Notes: generated by a model from the letters alone, not told the origin. A DNA stretch of 53,763 bases from an uncultured Clostridium sp. (GCA_964529035.1 CAZGUG010000005.1:1536-55298), one strand, 5' to 3'. Shown: positions 9,514 through 19,899, counted from the first letter of the stretch. Translations and numbers: made by a program.

Positions 9514-9810
9514 ATGGGACAGTTTAACTGGGTACTTAGAGTTTCCCTCAGGTATTTTTTTAATATTATCGAACTTTTAATCTTTATAAGAATAATCCTT
9601 TCCTGGATAAGCCCCGGGTACGGAAACCCCGTTACAAGGACAATATTCGGCCTGACCGAGCCTATCCTGTCACCCTTCAGAAGGCTTCTGGCAAAAAGCT
9701 CCTTTGGTACCGGAATGTTTGATTTTTCGCCTATAATAGCGATACTTTCCATAAGGCTTCTGGTGCAGCCCTTGGCATTTTATATAGTGAACCTTTTGAC
9801 CGGGTTTTAA
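9514..9810 (+). CDS. ylmG: YggT/YlmG family membrane protein
   Basis: ILSW, TEPILSPFRR and DFSPIIA motifs; synteny. Confidence 0.93.
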   Translation: MGQFNWVLRVSLRYFFNIIELLIFIRIILSWISPGYGNPVTRTIFGLTEPILSPFRRLLAKSSFGTGMFDFSPIIAILSIRLLVQPLAFYIVNLLTGF

Positions 9811-9833
9811 CATAAAGTTTTGGAGGTGATAAC

Positions 9834-10295
9834 ATGATAACTCCCCTGGAGATTCAAAACAAACAGTTCAGCAAGAAAATAAGGGGTTATGACGAAAACG
9901 AAGTGGATGAATTTCTGGACAGGCTAACCGAGGATTACGAGGGTATTTACAGGGAGAATGCCAATCTGAAGGACAGAATAAACATACTGGAAGACAAGCT
10001 GAAACATTATACAGGTATGGAGACTTCGCTTCAAAACGCCCTGGTACTGGCGCAGAGTACCGCGGATGAAGCCGCAAAAAACGCCCATGAAAAGGGAGAG
10101 CTGATTATTAAGCAGGCGGAGGAAGAGGCCCGCAGAATAATTGAAAGGGCAAATGAAAAGATTATGCATATAGAGGAACAGTATCAGGAAGCAAAAAGGC
10201 AGATGTATATATTCAGAACCAGGTTTAAAACACTGCTGGAGGCACAGTTGGAAACGGTGGTAACCCTGTGTGGACAGCTGGAAGATGAGGAATAA
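9834..10295 (+). CDS. divIVA: Cell division protein DivIVA
   Basis: MITPLEIQNKQFSKKIRGYDENEVDEFLD followed by coiled coil. Confidence 0.95.
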   Translation: MITPLEIQNKQFSKKIRGYDENEVDEFLDRLTEDYEGIYRENANLKDRINILEDKLKHYTGMETSLQNALVLAQSTADEAAKNAHEKGELIIKQAEEEARRIIERANEKIMHIEEQYQEAKRQMYIFRTRFKTLLEAQLETVVTLCGQLEDEE

Positions 10296-10314
10296 TATTT
10301 ATCCGCGTTTGTGA

Positions 10315-10343
10315 TTGACTAATACATAGGTTTATATTATAAT
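10315..10343 (+). promoter_or_regulatory. Sigma-A promoter of ileS
   Basis: TTGACT-17 nt-TATAAT. Confidence 0.8.
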
Positions 10344-10368
10344 TCTATCAATACAATTTTCGATATAT

Positions 10369-10588
10369 GCCATGAATGAGAAGAGTAGCCGTCAACTGTT
10401 CACAGAGAGCCGCATGACCGGTGCGACGCGGCAGCGGGTAACGGTGAAAATCCCTCAGGAGCAGCAGGCCGAATTGTCAGTAGGCCGAGCCGGGAATACC
10501 CGTTACAGTATAGTATAAAGTGGGTAGTACAGCCAATCAGGGTGGTACCGCGGGTAATTCTCGTCCCTTTCACGCAAAGGGATTTTTT
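10369..10588 (+). ncRNA. Ile T-box riboswitch leader
   Basis: AGTA and AGAGA stem-I motifs, specifier GAAA-ATC (Ile codon, 10450-10452), T-box AATCAGGGTGGTACCGCG (10535-10552), terminator TCCCTTT..AAAGGGA-TTTTTT; upstream of ileS. Confidence 0.93.
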
Positions 10589-10633
10589 AATTGTTTTCAG
10601 GCATCAATCAATAAATGACAGGAGTGGTAACAA

Positions 10634-13426
10634 ATGGATTATGGGAAAACACTGAACCTACCAAAGACCAAGTTTCCGATGAGGGCAAACCTTCCGTCCA
10701 AGGAACCGGAAATAATTAAGCTTTGGGAAAGGGAAGATGTATACAGGAAAAATTTGAAAAAGTTCGCCGCGAACAAGAAGTTTATCCTGCACGACGGCCC
10801 CCCCTATGCGAACGGTGACATTCACCTGGGGCAAACGCTGAACAAGATACTGAAGGATATAATAGTAAAATCCAAGTCGATGGACGGCTTCTGTGCCCCA
10901 TACGTACCGGGATGGGATACCCACGGTCTGCCCATTGAAACCCAGGCAATAAAGAAACTGGGCATAGACAGGCATGCAAAGTCCATATCCGAATTTCGTG
11001 CCCTATGCCAGGAATTCGCATTGAAATATGTGGACCTGCAGCGCGAAGAATTTAAAAGGCTTGGTGTGCGCGGCGACTGGGAGAATCCCTATCTTACCCT
11101 GAAGCCCGGGTTCGAGGCAAAACAGATTGAAGTATTCGGGGAAATGGCGAAAAAGGGATATATATACAAGGGACTGAAACCGGTATACTGGTGTCCCGAC
11201 TGTGAAACTGCACTGGCGGAAGCCGAAATAGAATACAGCGATCATAAAACCCATTCAATTTACGTTAACTTTCCCGTTGAAGACGACAAGGGCCTTTTTA
11301 AAGAACATACCGGAAGTCTCGACAATGTGTTCATGATGATATGGACCACAACACCGTGGACACTGCCGGCAAACCTGGCAATAGCGCTTAACGAACAGCT
11401 GACATATATTCTGGTGGAAATGGACGATGCGTATTATGTGATTGCAAAGGATAAGCTGGACGAAGTGAAGGAAGTTGGGGGAATCAAGGAACACAAGGTA
11501 ATAGCGGAGTACACCGGCGGGCAGCTGGAGGGCATTACCTGTAGGCACCCCTTCATGGACAGAAAATCCCTTGTCATACTGGGCAGCCATGTTACCCTTG
11601 AACAGGGAACAGGATGTGTTCATACCGCACCGGGGCACGGTGAAGAGGACTTTATTGTGGGAATGAAATACAAGCTGCCGGCACTTAATCCTGTGGACGA
11701 CCGCGGCTACTTCACCGAAGAAGCGGGAAAGTATAATGGCATGTATTATGAAAAGGCGAACCAGGCCATAGTGAAGGACCTGGTAGATACGGGGTTTATG
11801 TTTACCAACTCCTCCATGGTGCATTCCTATCCTCACTGCTGGCGCTGCAAGGGGCCAGTAATATTCAGGGCTACCGAACAGTGGTTTGCTTCGGTGGAAG
11901 GTTTCAGGGACCAGGCACTGAAGGCCATAGGGGATGTCCGATGGATTCCGTCCTGGGGCGAGGAACGAATAACTAACATGGTACGGGACAGGGCGGACTG
12001 GTGTATCTCGAGACAGAGGGTATGGGGAGTGCCTATCCCGATATTCTACTGCGAGAAGTGCGGCAGGCACCTGGTAAACGACGAAACCATTAATGCGGTG
12101 AAGGAATTGTTCGCAAAGGAAGGGTCCAATGCATGGTTTGAAAAGAGTGCCCGGGAGATTCTTCCGGAGGGTATAAGGTGCGAAGGATGTGACGGTGACA
12201 GTTTCCGAAAGGAAACCGATATAATGGACGTGTGGTTTGATTCCGGATCCAGCCATGCGGCGGTGCTGGATACCTGGCCGGACCTCGAATGGCCGTCCAC
12301 CATGTACCTTGAGGGCAGCGACCAGCACAGGGGTTGGTTCCAGTCCTCGCTGCTGACTGCGGTTGCAACCCGCGGCAGGGCGCCCTATGAGGAAGTGCTG
12401 ACCCACGGATTCGTAGTGGACGGGGAAGGCAGGAAGATGTCAAAATCCCTGGGAAACGGTATGGACCCGCTGGAAGTGATTGAGGAATACGGGGCGGATG
12501 TACTCAGACTGTGGGTTGCCTCCGCCGATTATAAAACAGATATAAGAATATCACCCCAGATTTTGAAACAGCTGTCCGAAGTGTACAGAAAGATTAGAAA
12601 CACCGCGCGTTTTATGCTGGGCAACCTGTATGACTATGACCCGGCAAAAGACGGTGTTTTATACAGTGATCTTTCGGAGATTGACAGGTGGGCGCTGCAT
12701 AAGGGACAGAAAATGCTTCAGAAGGTTTTAAATGCCTACAGGGACTATGAATTTCATATACTGTTCTATGCAATCCACCATTTTTGCGTGGTGGACATGA
12801 GCAACTTCTACCTAGATGTGATAAAGGACCGGCTTTACACCTGCAGCGCGGACTCCAGGGAAAGGCGGACGGCCCAGACGGTTATGCACAAGCTTTTGTC
12901 GATACTGGTAAGGCTGATAGCACCGGTTCTGTCATTCACGGCGGAAGAGATATGGCAGTATATGCCGGGGGATAAGGAAGACCGGGGGATAAGCGTTCAA
13001 CTGGAGGAATTCCCAAAGGTTAATCCGGAAGAAATCGACCAGGAACTGGAAGGAAAATATGGTAAGATACTGGATGTCAGGTACGAGGTGGCAAGGGCCC
13101 TGGAACGTGCCAGGAACGAAAAGGTAATAGGCCATTCGCTGGATGCAAAGGTAAACCTTTATGTTGATGATAAGCTTCATGAATTCCTGAAACCCATCGA
13201 GAAGGAACTTCCGTTTCTGTTCATAGTATCCCAGGTGGAAGTTATGCCGCCGGGAAGAGAGGCCGGAGAAGAAGCCTTGGAGGGTGAAGAACTGAAAAAT
13301 CTCAAAGTTACGGTAACCCAGGCAGAGGGACAGAAATGTGAAAGGTGCTGGAATTACAGTACAACGGTGGGGAAGGTGAAAGAGCACCCCGGAATATGCA
13401 CAAGATGTGCGGCAAATTTAGAATAA
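10634..13426 (+). CDS. ileS: Isoleucine--tRNA ligase (type 1)
   Basis: LHDGPPYANG, GWDTHGLPIE, WTTTPWT, DWCISRQR, EGSDQHRGWF, KMSKS and C-terminal CERC...CTRC zinc finger. Confidence 0.98.
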   Translation: MDYGKTLNLPKTKFPMRANLPSKEPEIIKLWEREDVYRKNLKKFAANKKFILHDGPPYANGDIHLGQTLNKILKDIIVKSKSMDGFCAPYVPGWDTHGLPIETQAIKKLGIDRHAKSISEFRALCQEFALKYVDLQREEFKRLGVRGDWENPYLTLKPGFEAKQIEVFGEMAKKGYIYKGLKPVYWCPDCETALAEAEIEYSDHKTHSIYVNFPVEDDKGLFKEHTGSLDNVFMMIWTTTPWTLPANLAIALNEQLTYILVEMDDAYYVIAKDKLDEVKEVGGIKEHKVIAEYTGGQLEGITCRHPFMDRKSLVILGSHVTLEQGTGCVHTAPGHGEEDFIVGMKYKLPALNPVDDRGYFTEEAGKYNGMYYEKANQAIVKDLVDTGFMFTNSSMVHSYPHCWRCKGPVIFRATEQWFASVEGFRDQALKAIGDVRWIPSWGEERITNMVRDRADWCISRQRVWGVPIPIFYCEKCGRHLVNDETINAVKELFAKEGSNAWFEKSAREILPEGIRCEGCDGDSFRKETDIMDVWFDSGSSHAAVLDTWPDLEWPSTMYLEGSDQHRGWFQSSLLTAVATRGRAPYEEVLTHGFVVDGEGRKMSKSLGNGMDPLEVIEEYGADVLRLWVASADYKTDIRISPQILKQLSEVYRKIRNTARFMLGNLYDYDPAKDGVLYSDLSEIDRWALHKGQKMLQKVLNAYRDYEFHILFYAIHHFCVVDMSNFYLDVIKDRLYTCSADSRERRTAQTVMHKLLSILVRLIAPVLSFTAEEIWQYMPGDKEDRGISVQLEEFPKVNPEEIDQELEGKYGKILDVRYEVARALERARNEKVIGHSLDAKVNLYVDDKLHEFLKPIEKELPFLFIVSQVEVMPPGREAGEEALEGEELKNLKVTVTQAEGQKCERCWNYSTTVGKVKEHPGICTRCAANLE

Positions 13427-13464
13427 AAAGGAAAAGCGCCAAATGGGCGCTTTTCCTTTTTTTT
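13425..13464 (+). terminator. Intrinsic terminator after ileS
   Basis: AAAAAGGAAAAGCGCC-loop-GGCGCTTTTCCTTTTT plus poly-T. Confidence 0.88.
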
Positions 13465-13512
13465 AGTATCAGTTTTAGAGCATGGGGGAAAATAATCTGC
13501 GGGGGGCTGCAT

Positions 13513-13803
13513 ATGGAAAACCACGGCTGGCAGACAGACAGGCTGAATATAAAAATTCAGGAACTGTCGCACAACCTAGAAAGGGCGAAGATACTCGAAT
13601 ATGTAAGTCTTATGGAAAACCCCAAACGGATGCTGTTTTTAAACTTTGTCGCAGGACTGGCAAGGGGGCTTGGCATAGCTGTCGGTTTTTCGGTATTGGG
13701 TGCTGTGGCGATACTCATTTTAAGAAGGCTGGTGGTTCTGAATCTGCCCCTTATTGGTGATTTTATTGCGGAAATAATCAAGCTGGTTAACAGAAGTATG
13801 TGA
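13513..13803 (+). CDS. Small membrane protein, DUF5665-like
   Basis: EYVSLMENPKRMLFLNFVAGLARGLGIAVG...LPLIGDFIAEII pattern; ATG after GGGGG RBS (the upstream ORF extension overlaps ileS and its terminator). Confidence 0.75.
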   Translation: MENHGWQTDRLNIKIQELSHNLERAKILEYVSLMENPKRMLFLNFVAGLARGLGIAVGFSVLGAVAILILRRLVVLNLPLIGDFIAEIIKLVNRSM

Positions 13804-13815
13804 TGGAAAGGAAGA

Positions 13816-14466
13816 ATGGAAATGGACGATAAAAAAATTAAGGCTCTGAGGGCCAATCTGGAACGGGAAAGGAAAGATGCACTGGAGGATATTAAACGGA
13901 TGGATGAAAACGAATTCAACGAAGCCCAGGCCGAATACACCAGCGAGCTTTCGGTATATGACAACCATCCGGCGGATATTGGCAGTGAAACCTATGAAAT
14001 GGAAAAGAACCTGGCGCTGAAAAAACAGAAAATGCACAGGATACGGCAGATAGAACAGGCCCTTGACCGGCTGGAAAAGGGCGAATACGGAAAATGTGCG
14101 CTGTGCGGCAACAAGATTGATAATGAGAGATTGGAAGCGCACCCGGAGGCGGACATATGCCTGGAATGCTCAAATAGTGCCAGGCTGCCCGGTGAAAGGC
14201 TGGAGCAGGGAAGACCGGTGGAGGAAACGGTGCTTTCCTTTCCGTATAACCGTGAACCCGGCAGGCAGGATGACAGAACGATATTCGACCGAGAAGACAG
14301 CTGGCAGGCGGTTGCCAGGTATAACAGGAGGGAGGACGACCCAAGCAACCAAACCGGGGACGACCAGGACATTTGGGATGAAATTCCGTCGGGGCTGGTG
14401 GAGGATATTGACAGGATAAGCAACCGGTATTACAAAGATACCCTCGGGGACGAGGAAGACGAATAA
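13816..14466 (+). CDS. TraR/DksA C4 zinc-finger protein, YteA-like sporulation family
   Basis: ELSVYDNHPAD, YGKCALCG..I..ERLEAHP...CLEC and RPVEE motifs. Confidence 0.85.
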   Translation: MEMDDKKIKALRANLERERKDALEDIKRMDENEFNEAQAEYTSELSVYDNHPADIGSETYEMEKNLALKKQKMHRIRQIEQALDRLEKGEYGKCALCGNKIDNERLEAHPEADICLECSNSARLPGERLEQGRPVEETVLSFPYNREPGRQDDRTIFDREDSWQAVARYNRREDDPSNQTGDDQDIWDEIPSGLVEDIDRISNRYYKDTLGDEEDE

Positions 14467-14533
14467 TTTGTTTTATACGGTGAGGGTTTGTGGTAGAATT
14501 TTAATATAAAATCAAGCTTCCGGGGGGTATTTC

Positions 14534-14986
14534 ATGACTTGGATTATTGCTTTATCGGTGATTGCTGCAGACAGGTTTTCCAAGTGGATTTGCCAGTCCT
14601 ATTTGCAGCCGGTTGGTTCGGTGCCGGTTATTAAGGGTATTTTTCACCTTACCTATGTTCAGAACAGGGGAGCGGCCTTTGGTATACTACAGGACAAAAT
14701 GTGGTTTTTTATACCGGCTACCGGAATTGTCCTGGCTGTTATACTGCACCTGCTGGCGAAGACAAAAACCGACAGCAGAGCCATGCGGGTTTCCCTTGCC
14801 ATGATAGCGGGTGGCGCCATCGGGAATCTTCTGGACAGGATTTGGCTGGGATATGTGGTGGATTTTTTGGACTTCAGGGTATGGCCGGTATTCAATATAG
14901 CGGACAGCTGTATCGTTGTCGGTGCGGTACTGTTGGGATACCTGGTGCTTATAAAGGGTGAAGGTATAGGCTATGGAAAAGTTTGA
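14534..14986 (+). CDS. lspA: Lipoprotein signal peptidase II
   Basis: NRGAAFG, GGAIGNLLDR, VVDF and FNIADS motifs. Confidence 0.96.
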   Translation: MTWIIALSVIAADRFSKWICQSYLQPVGSVPVIKGIFHLTYVQNRGAAFGILQDKMWFFIPATGIVLAVILHLLAKTKTDSRAMRVSLAMIAGGAIGNLLDRIWLGYVVDFLDFRVWPVFNIADSCIVVGAVLLGYLVLIKGEGIGYGKV

Positions 14987-15875
14987 AATGGTGGCGGACA
15001 GTAAAAATGAAAACAACCGGCTGGACCTTATGCTGGCAGCCAGGCTGTCCGGGCGTTCCCGCTCGTTCATACAAAGGCTCATTGAGCAGGGGCACGTCCT
15101 GGTTAACGGGTGCAGGGCAAAGAGCAATTACAGGGTAAAGGCCGGGGACAGCATAGGGATTGAAATACCCGAGCTCCAAAGTGTCGGGGTAAAGGCTGAA
15201 AAAATACCCCTTGACATAGTCTACGAAGATGATGCCTTATTGGTAATAAACAAGCCCGCCGGCATGGTGGTCCATCCCGGGTCCGGCAATTACAGCGGCA
15301 CCCTTGTCAATGCACTGCTTTTTCACTGTGACAACCTGTCCGGAATAAACGGCGTATTGAGGCCGGGTATAGTGCACAGGATAGATAAGGATACCACCGG
15401 TTTACTTATGGTTGCAAAGGACGAAGAAACCCACAGACACCTGGCGGCCCAGCTTAAGGCCCACACCATCAACAGAAAATATACGGCTTTGGTCCGGGGT
15501 GTGATAGAGGAGGATGAAGGAACTGTCCATGCGCCCATTGGCCGGCATCCCACAAAAAGGAAGAAGATGGCGGTTGTGGCGCGGAATTCACGGAAGGCGG
15601 TAACCCATTTTACCGTTCTGAAAAGATACCCGGGATACACGCTTGTCGAAGCGAGGCTGGAAACCGGGAGGACGCATCAGATAAGGGTTCATATGAACTA
15701 CATAGGGCATCCGGTGGTGGGAGATTCGAAATACGGCAGGGAAGGGGAGCTGGGTTCAAAGAGCCTAATGCTGCATGCCGCCGTTCTGGGTTTTGTTCAT
15801 CCGGTAAATAACGAATACATGGAATTTAAGGCCCCACTTCCGTCGCATTTCAGGGAAGTCCTGGAGGCCTTATAG
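14973..15875 (+). CDS. rluD: RluA/RluD family pseudouridine synthase
   Basis: S4 domain, NKPAGMVVHP, HRIDKDTTG and TGRTHQIRVH; follows lspA. Confidence 0.93.
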   Translation: MEKFEMVADSKNENNRLDLMLAARLSGRSRSFIQRLIEQGHVLVNGCRAKSNYRVKAGDSIGIEIPELQSVGVKAEKIPLDIVYEDDALLVINKPAGMVVHPGSGNYSGTLVNALLFHCDNLSGINGVLRPGIVHRIDKDTTGLLMVAKDEETHRHLAAQLKAHTINRKYTALVRGVIEEDEGTVHAPIGRHPTKRKKMAVVARNSRKAVTHFTVLKRYPGYTLVEARLETGRTHQIRVHMNYIGHPVVGDSKYGREGELGSKSLMLHAAVLGFVHPVNNEYMEFKAPLPSHFREVLEAL

Positions 15876-17627
15876 AGACCTGTCTTGTATCGAAGAAATC
15901 TCTTCCTCGGAAGGCGTTGCGTATATCGTCTTATGATTTTTATATATAACATAACCCGGCTTTGCGCTCCTGGGTTTCGTAACATTACCGGCCTCTGTGT
16001 AATCAACCGGTACACTGCTTGACTGCCTGGCCCTGCTGTAGTATGCGGCCAGAAGCGCCGCCTGGTACAGGGTGGTGTCAGGCGGATCTTTACCTTCACA
16101 TCTTATAATTACATGGGAACCGGGTATATCCTTGGTATGCAGCCATATGTCATCCTTTCGGGCCAGCCTTAAGGTCAGGTGGTCGTTCTGCCGGTTGTTC
16201 CGCCCGACAAGTATTTTAAAACCATCCCCGGTAGTATAGGAATGCGGTTTTGAAGGGGTCTCGTCCTTTCTCCTGTCCCCTAACCTTGATTTGGAGGGCT
16301 TAATATACCCCTGGGTTTCAAGTTCCGATGCTATTTCGTGCAGTTCCGGCCATCCTGCACATTTTTCTATGCTGTAAACAAGACCCTCAAGGTAGTCTGC
16401 TTCTTCCTTGGTCTGCCTTAACAGCTTTCGGAGGTTTTCCTTGGCCCTTTTTGCATGGCTGTAGTCCCTGAAAAACCTCTGCGCGTTTTGCAGCGGTGTA
16501 AGTTCGGGGTCAAGCTTAATCTCTATGGACGGCATACCCGGTTTGGTATAGTCCTCCAGTACGGCAGCACTTGATTTTTCCTTCAAACGGTAAAGGTTTG
16601 CGGTAATTAGCTCGCCGAAAAGCTTGTAATGGCTTTTATCCTCTGCGTTTTGGAATTCATTAAGCCGGGAGTTTTGCTTTTTTTGATTTTTTTCCAAAAG
16701 GCCTGTTACTATCCTTAACAGCCTTTCCTTTTCCTGACGGAGGGTTTCCAGAAGCAGTTTTTCATGGTAGTAATTATCCAGCATGGCATTAACGCTCTGC
16801 TGGCGTTTGAAGGGTAAGCTTACATGGGTAAGTATAACAGGGCTGAACGTAGCGGGGTCACAGTCCCTGTAATATATAGCCGGCGAAAAGTCCCGGTTTT
16901 CTATCAGACTTTTAAACAGGCAGGCGGTACGGCACAGTTTTTCAACATCGCCTTCGTCCAGGGGTTTGTCCGGGTCCACACCGCTTATTGTGCAGAACTC
17001 CACCGCAAGGGTTTTCCCGAAACCTTCAAGAGAGTCCACCACCGCCCTGGAGGCCTTGGCTCCCGGATGTTTGAGAAATTCCTTCTCAAAACCTTCGGTG
17101 TCACCGCAGGTAAGGTCCAGTTTGGACTGGGAGGGCGGGTATTTGTACAATACTCCCGGGAATACCTGCCTGTATGAACTCATGTCGGGGGTCACACGTT
17201 TTATTGCATCGATTATTTTGCCGTTCCCGTCAAGGAGTATTATATTGCTGTGTCTGCCCATTATCTCGCATACCAGGACTTTGGCTCCCCCTACCCCCAG
17301 CTCGTCGGTTGTTTTTACGGCAATCTCAAGCACCCGGTCCATGCCGTGCTGGTCTATTGATGCAAGGACGCCGTTCCCGAGGTGTTTCCTTAAAAGCATA
17401 CAGAACATGGGTGGGTGCTGCCGGCTGGACGATATTCCGTCGGACAGGTAAAGCCTCGGATTGGACGGACTGGCGGACATGACGAGTTTCTGCCTGCCGC
17501 CGCCGGTATGTATATAAAAAATAAGCGTATCAGACTGGGGCTGGTAAATTTTTTCTATACGGCCCGCTGTCAGTTTGCTGCTGAGTTCTGTCGCAAGACA
17601 CCTCATGGTAAAACCGTCAAAAGCCAT
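15870..17627 (-). CDS. rqcH: Ribosome quality control protein RqcH (NFACT/FbpA/YloA)
   Basis: MAFDG N-terminus, PPMFCMLLRKHL, EIMGRHSNIIL, VGRNNRQND, WLHTKDIPGSHV and VPVDYT; ATG after GGAGGTG. Confidence 0.94.
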   Translation of the reverse strand: MAFDGFTMRCLATELSSKLTAGRIEKIYQPQSDTLIFYIHTGGGRQKLVMSASPSNPRLYLSDGISSSRQHPPMFCMLLRKHLGNGVLASIDQHGMDRVLEIAVKTTDELGVGGAKVLVCEIMGRHSNIILLDGNGKIIDAIKRVTPDMSSYRQVFPGVLYKYPPSQSKLDLTCGDTEGFEKEFLKHPGAKASRAVVDSLEGFGKTLAVEFCTISGVDPDKPLDEGDVEKLCRTACLFKSLIENRDFSPAIYYRDCDPATFSPVILTHVSLPFKRQQSVNAMLDNYYHEKLLLETLRQEKERLLRIVTGLLEKNQKKQNSRLNEFQNAEDKSHYKLFGELITANLYRLKEKSSAAVLEDYTKPGMPSIEIKLDPELTPLQNAQRFFRDYSHAKRAKENLRKLLRQTKEEADYLEGLVYSIEKCAGWPELHEIASELETQGYIKPSKSRLGDRRKDETPSKPHSYTTGDGFKILVGRNNRQNDHLTLRLARKDDIWLHTKDIPGSHVIIRCEGKDPPDTTLYQAALLAAYYSRARQSSSVPVDYTEAGNVTKPRSAKPGYVIYKNHKTIYATPSEEEISSIQDRSL

Positions 17628-17770
17628 AACATCACCTCCCAATTAATTCCCGCACCCCATATCGGGGTATGCTATGATTAGTATAGCATTTAACGGTAAA
17701 AAAATAAAAGGTATAGGGGTAATTAAAAACACATGGTATAATCAGAGAAGTAGAACATCACCATCGGGGA

Positions 17771-18634
17771 GTGAAGGTTTTGGATTTCAAAAAAATGCAC
17801 GGACTGGGAAACGACTTTGTATTGATTGACGCAAGGGACTGTCATATACCGGATATTTCAAACATTAGCAAAGCAGTATGCAGCCGCAATACCGGAGTGG
17901 GTGCCGACGGCCTGATAGCAGCCCTTCGGTCAGGAAGGGCGGACATAAAGATGGTCATATATAACTCGGACGGCAGTCAGGCGGAAATGTGCGGTAACGG
18001 GCTGAGATGTTTTGCAAAATACGTATACCAAGAGGGTATAGTAAACAAAAAAACCTTCAGCGTGGATACGTTGGCGGGGATTATGTATCCAAAGCTTGTA
18101 TTCGATACCGGCGGCACTATTACGGGAGTCATCGTTGATATGGGCCGTCCGGTTTTTAAAGCCCGGCAGGTTCCGGTAGACTGTAGCGATGGAAAGTTCC
18201 TGGATAAGAAAATAAAAATCGGGGACGGCACATACAAAGTTTCAGCCGTCAGGCTGGGGGTTCCCCATTCGGTGGTGTACGTTGACGATATAAAGGATTC
18301 CCAAGTTGAAGATATCGGAAAGGCGATAGAAAACCATTTCCTGTTTCCCGAAAAAACAAATGTAAACTTTGTGCGGATAATTGACAAAGAAACCATAGAG
18401 GTGGCCACCTGGGAAAGGGGCGCCGGCAGAACCCTTGCCTGTGGAACCGGAAGCTGCGCCGCAGCGGTTATTTCAAATGCCTTGGGTAAAACAAGAAGAA
18501 GGGTTAAGGTGAGACTTAAACTGGGTGAGCTTTTAATTGCCTGGAAGGAAGATGGCCGGGTGTCTATGGAAGGGCCGGCGGTCAACGTGTTCAGCGGCAG
18601 GTTGTGCAGCGAAATTTATCCTTTGCAAAGCTAG
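17771..18634 (+). CDS. dapF: Diaminopimelate epimerase
   Basis: KMHGLGNDF, EMCGNG, GVPH and ERGAGRTLACGTG motifs. Confidence 0.96.
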   Translation: MKVLDFKKMHGLGNDFVLIDARDCHIPDISNISKAVCSRNTGVGADGLIAALRSGRADIKMVIYNSDGSQAEMCGNGLRCFAKYVYQEGIVNKKTFSVDTLAGIMYPKLVFDTGGTITGVIVDMGRPVFKARQVPVDCSDGKFLDKKIKIGDGTYKVSAVRLGVPHSVVYVDDIKDSQVEDIGKAIENHFLFPEKTNVNFVRIIDKETIEVATWERGAGRTLACGTGSCAAAVISNALGKTRRRVKVRLKLGELLIAWKEDGRVSMEGPAVNVFSGRLCSEIYPLQS

Positions 18635-18735
18635 TAAAATGTGTTAAATTTATAGGGAAAGGAAGCATGCGGGAGTTAATGCCCCGGACGAAAAGCCGGG
18701 GGATCACAAAATACAGGGAAGGATGTTACCATAGT

Positions 18736-19614
18736 ATGATTTTCAGCATGACCGGGTTTGGCAGGGGCGAATTCAGAAACGGCGACACCAGCATTTCGGT
18801 GGAGGTCCGTTCTGTAAATCACAGGTACAGCGATGTCTCGATAAAACTGCCAAAGCCTTTGTCCTTTCTGGACGAAAAGGTGAGGCAGTATGTGCAGTCG
18901 CGCATATCAAGGGGCAGGGTGGACATTTTTGTTTCCTATGAGCTGTCGGAATCGGGATGTGCGGACGTTAAGGTCAACTACGAACTGGCACAGAGCTATT
19001 ACGACGCGCTTAACCGTTTGAAGGAAAAGTCCGGGATAGAGGATAGGATACCCTTTTCACTTGTCGCTACCTTTCCGGATGTTATCGTGGCAAAACAGAA
19101 AGAGCTGGATGAAGAAGAAATCTGGGAACAGCTTTATTCGGCGATAAGGGATGCTATGGATATACTCGTGGAAATGCGCAGGCAGGAAGGGGGAAACCAT
19201 AGGAAGGATATACTTGAAAAACTGCAGACAATAAGTGACGGGGTACTTGATATAGAAAAGAGAGCGGGGCTAGTTGTTGGGGAATACCGGGACAAACTGG
19301 AAAACAGGATTAAGGAATTGAGCAGGGGAATAGACCTTGACAAGGACAGAATATACCAGGAAGTGGTGATATTTGCCGACAGGAGCAGTATAAATGAAGA
19401 GATAGTGAGGCTGAAGAGCCATATTTCCCAGATGTATAATATACTGGACGAAGGAGGCACAATAGGAAGGAAGCTGGATTTTCTGGTACAGGAAATGTAC
19501 AGGGAGATAAACACCATCGGCTCTAAGGCAAACGATTTACATATTTCGAAAAATGTTATAAATATAAAAGCACAGCTTGAAAAAGTCAGGGAGCAGATAC
19601 AAAATATTGAATAG
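18736..19614 (+). CDS. yloC: YicC/YloC family endoribonuclease
   Basis: SMTGFGR, SVNHRY, EEIVRLKSH and GRKLDFLVQEMYREINTIGSK motifs. Confidence 0.94.
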   Translation: MIFSMTGFGRGEFRNGDTSISVEVRSVNHRYSDVSIKLPKPLSFLDEKVRQYVQSRISRGRVDIFVSYELSESGCADVKVNYELAQSYYDALNRLKEKSGIEDRIPFSLVATFPDVIVAKQKELDEEEIWEQLYSAIRDAMDILVEMRRQEGGNHRKDILEKLQTISDGVLDIEKRAGLVVGEYRDKLENRIKELSRGIDLDKDRIYQEVVIFADRSSINEEIVRLKSHISQMYNILDEGGTIGRKLDFLVQEMYREINTIGSKANDLHISKNVINIKAQLEKVREQIQNIE

Positions 19615-19626
19615 GGAGGTATTAAA

Positions 19627-19899
19627 ATGGACATGAAACTGATAAATATAGGCTTTGGTAATATCGTTTCGGCCAACAGGCTGATCGCGATAGTAAGTCC
19701 GGAATCGGCCCCCATTAAGAGGATAATTCAGGATGCGAGGGAAAGGGGAATGCTAATAGATGCCACCTATGGCAGAAGGACCAGGGCGGTAATAATCACC
19801 GACAGCGACCATATTATCCTTTCTGCGGTTCAGCCCGAAACCGTTGCGCACAGAATGTATTCCAAGGAAATGCCGGGGAACACTGCCGGTACCGAATGA
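19627..19899 (+). CDS. remA: RemA/YlzA family regulator
   Basis: [14 protein letters not shown]...SAPIKR...[14 protein letters not shown]. Confidence 0.95.
   Translation: MDMKLINIGFGNIVSANRLIAIVSPESAPIKRIIQDARERGMLIDATYGRRTRAVIITDSDHIILSAVQPETVAHRMYSKEMPGNTAGTE

Noticed and set aside
11255-12406. 383-aa minus-strand ORF
   Set aside because: Antisense shadow of ileS
18604-18735. 44-aa N-terminal extension of YloC
   Set aside because: The family begins at MxxSMTG; this stretch looks like a promoter (TTGCAA-16-TAAATT) and a leader with a CCCCGG/CCGGGG hairpin
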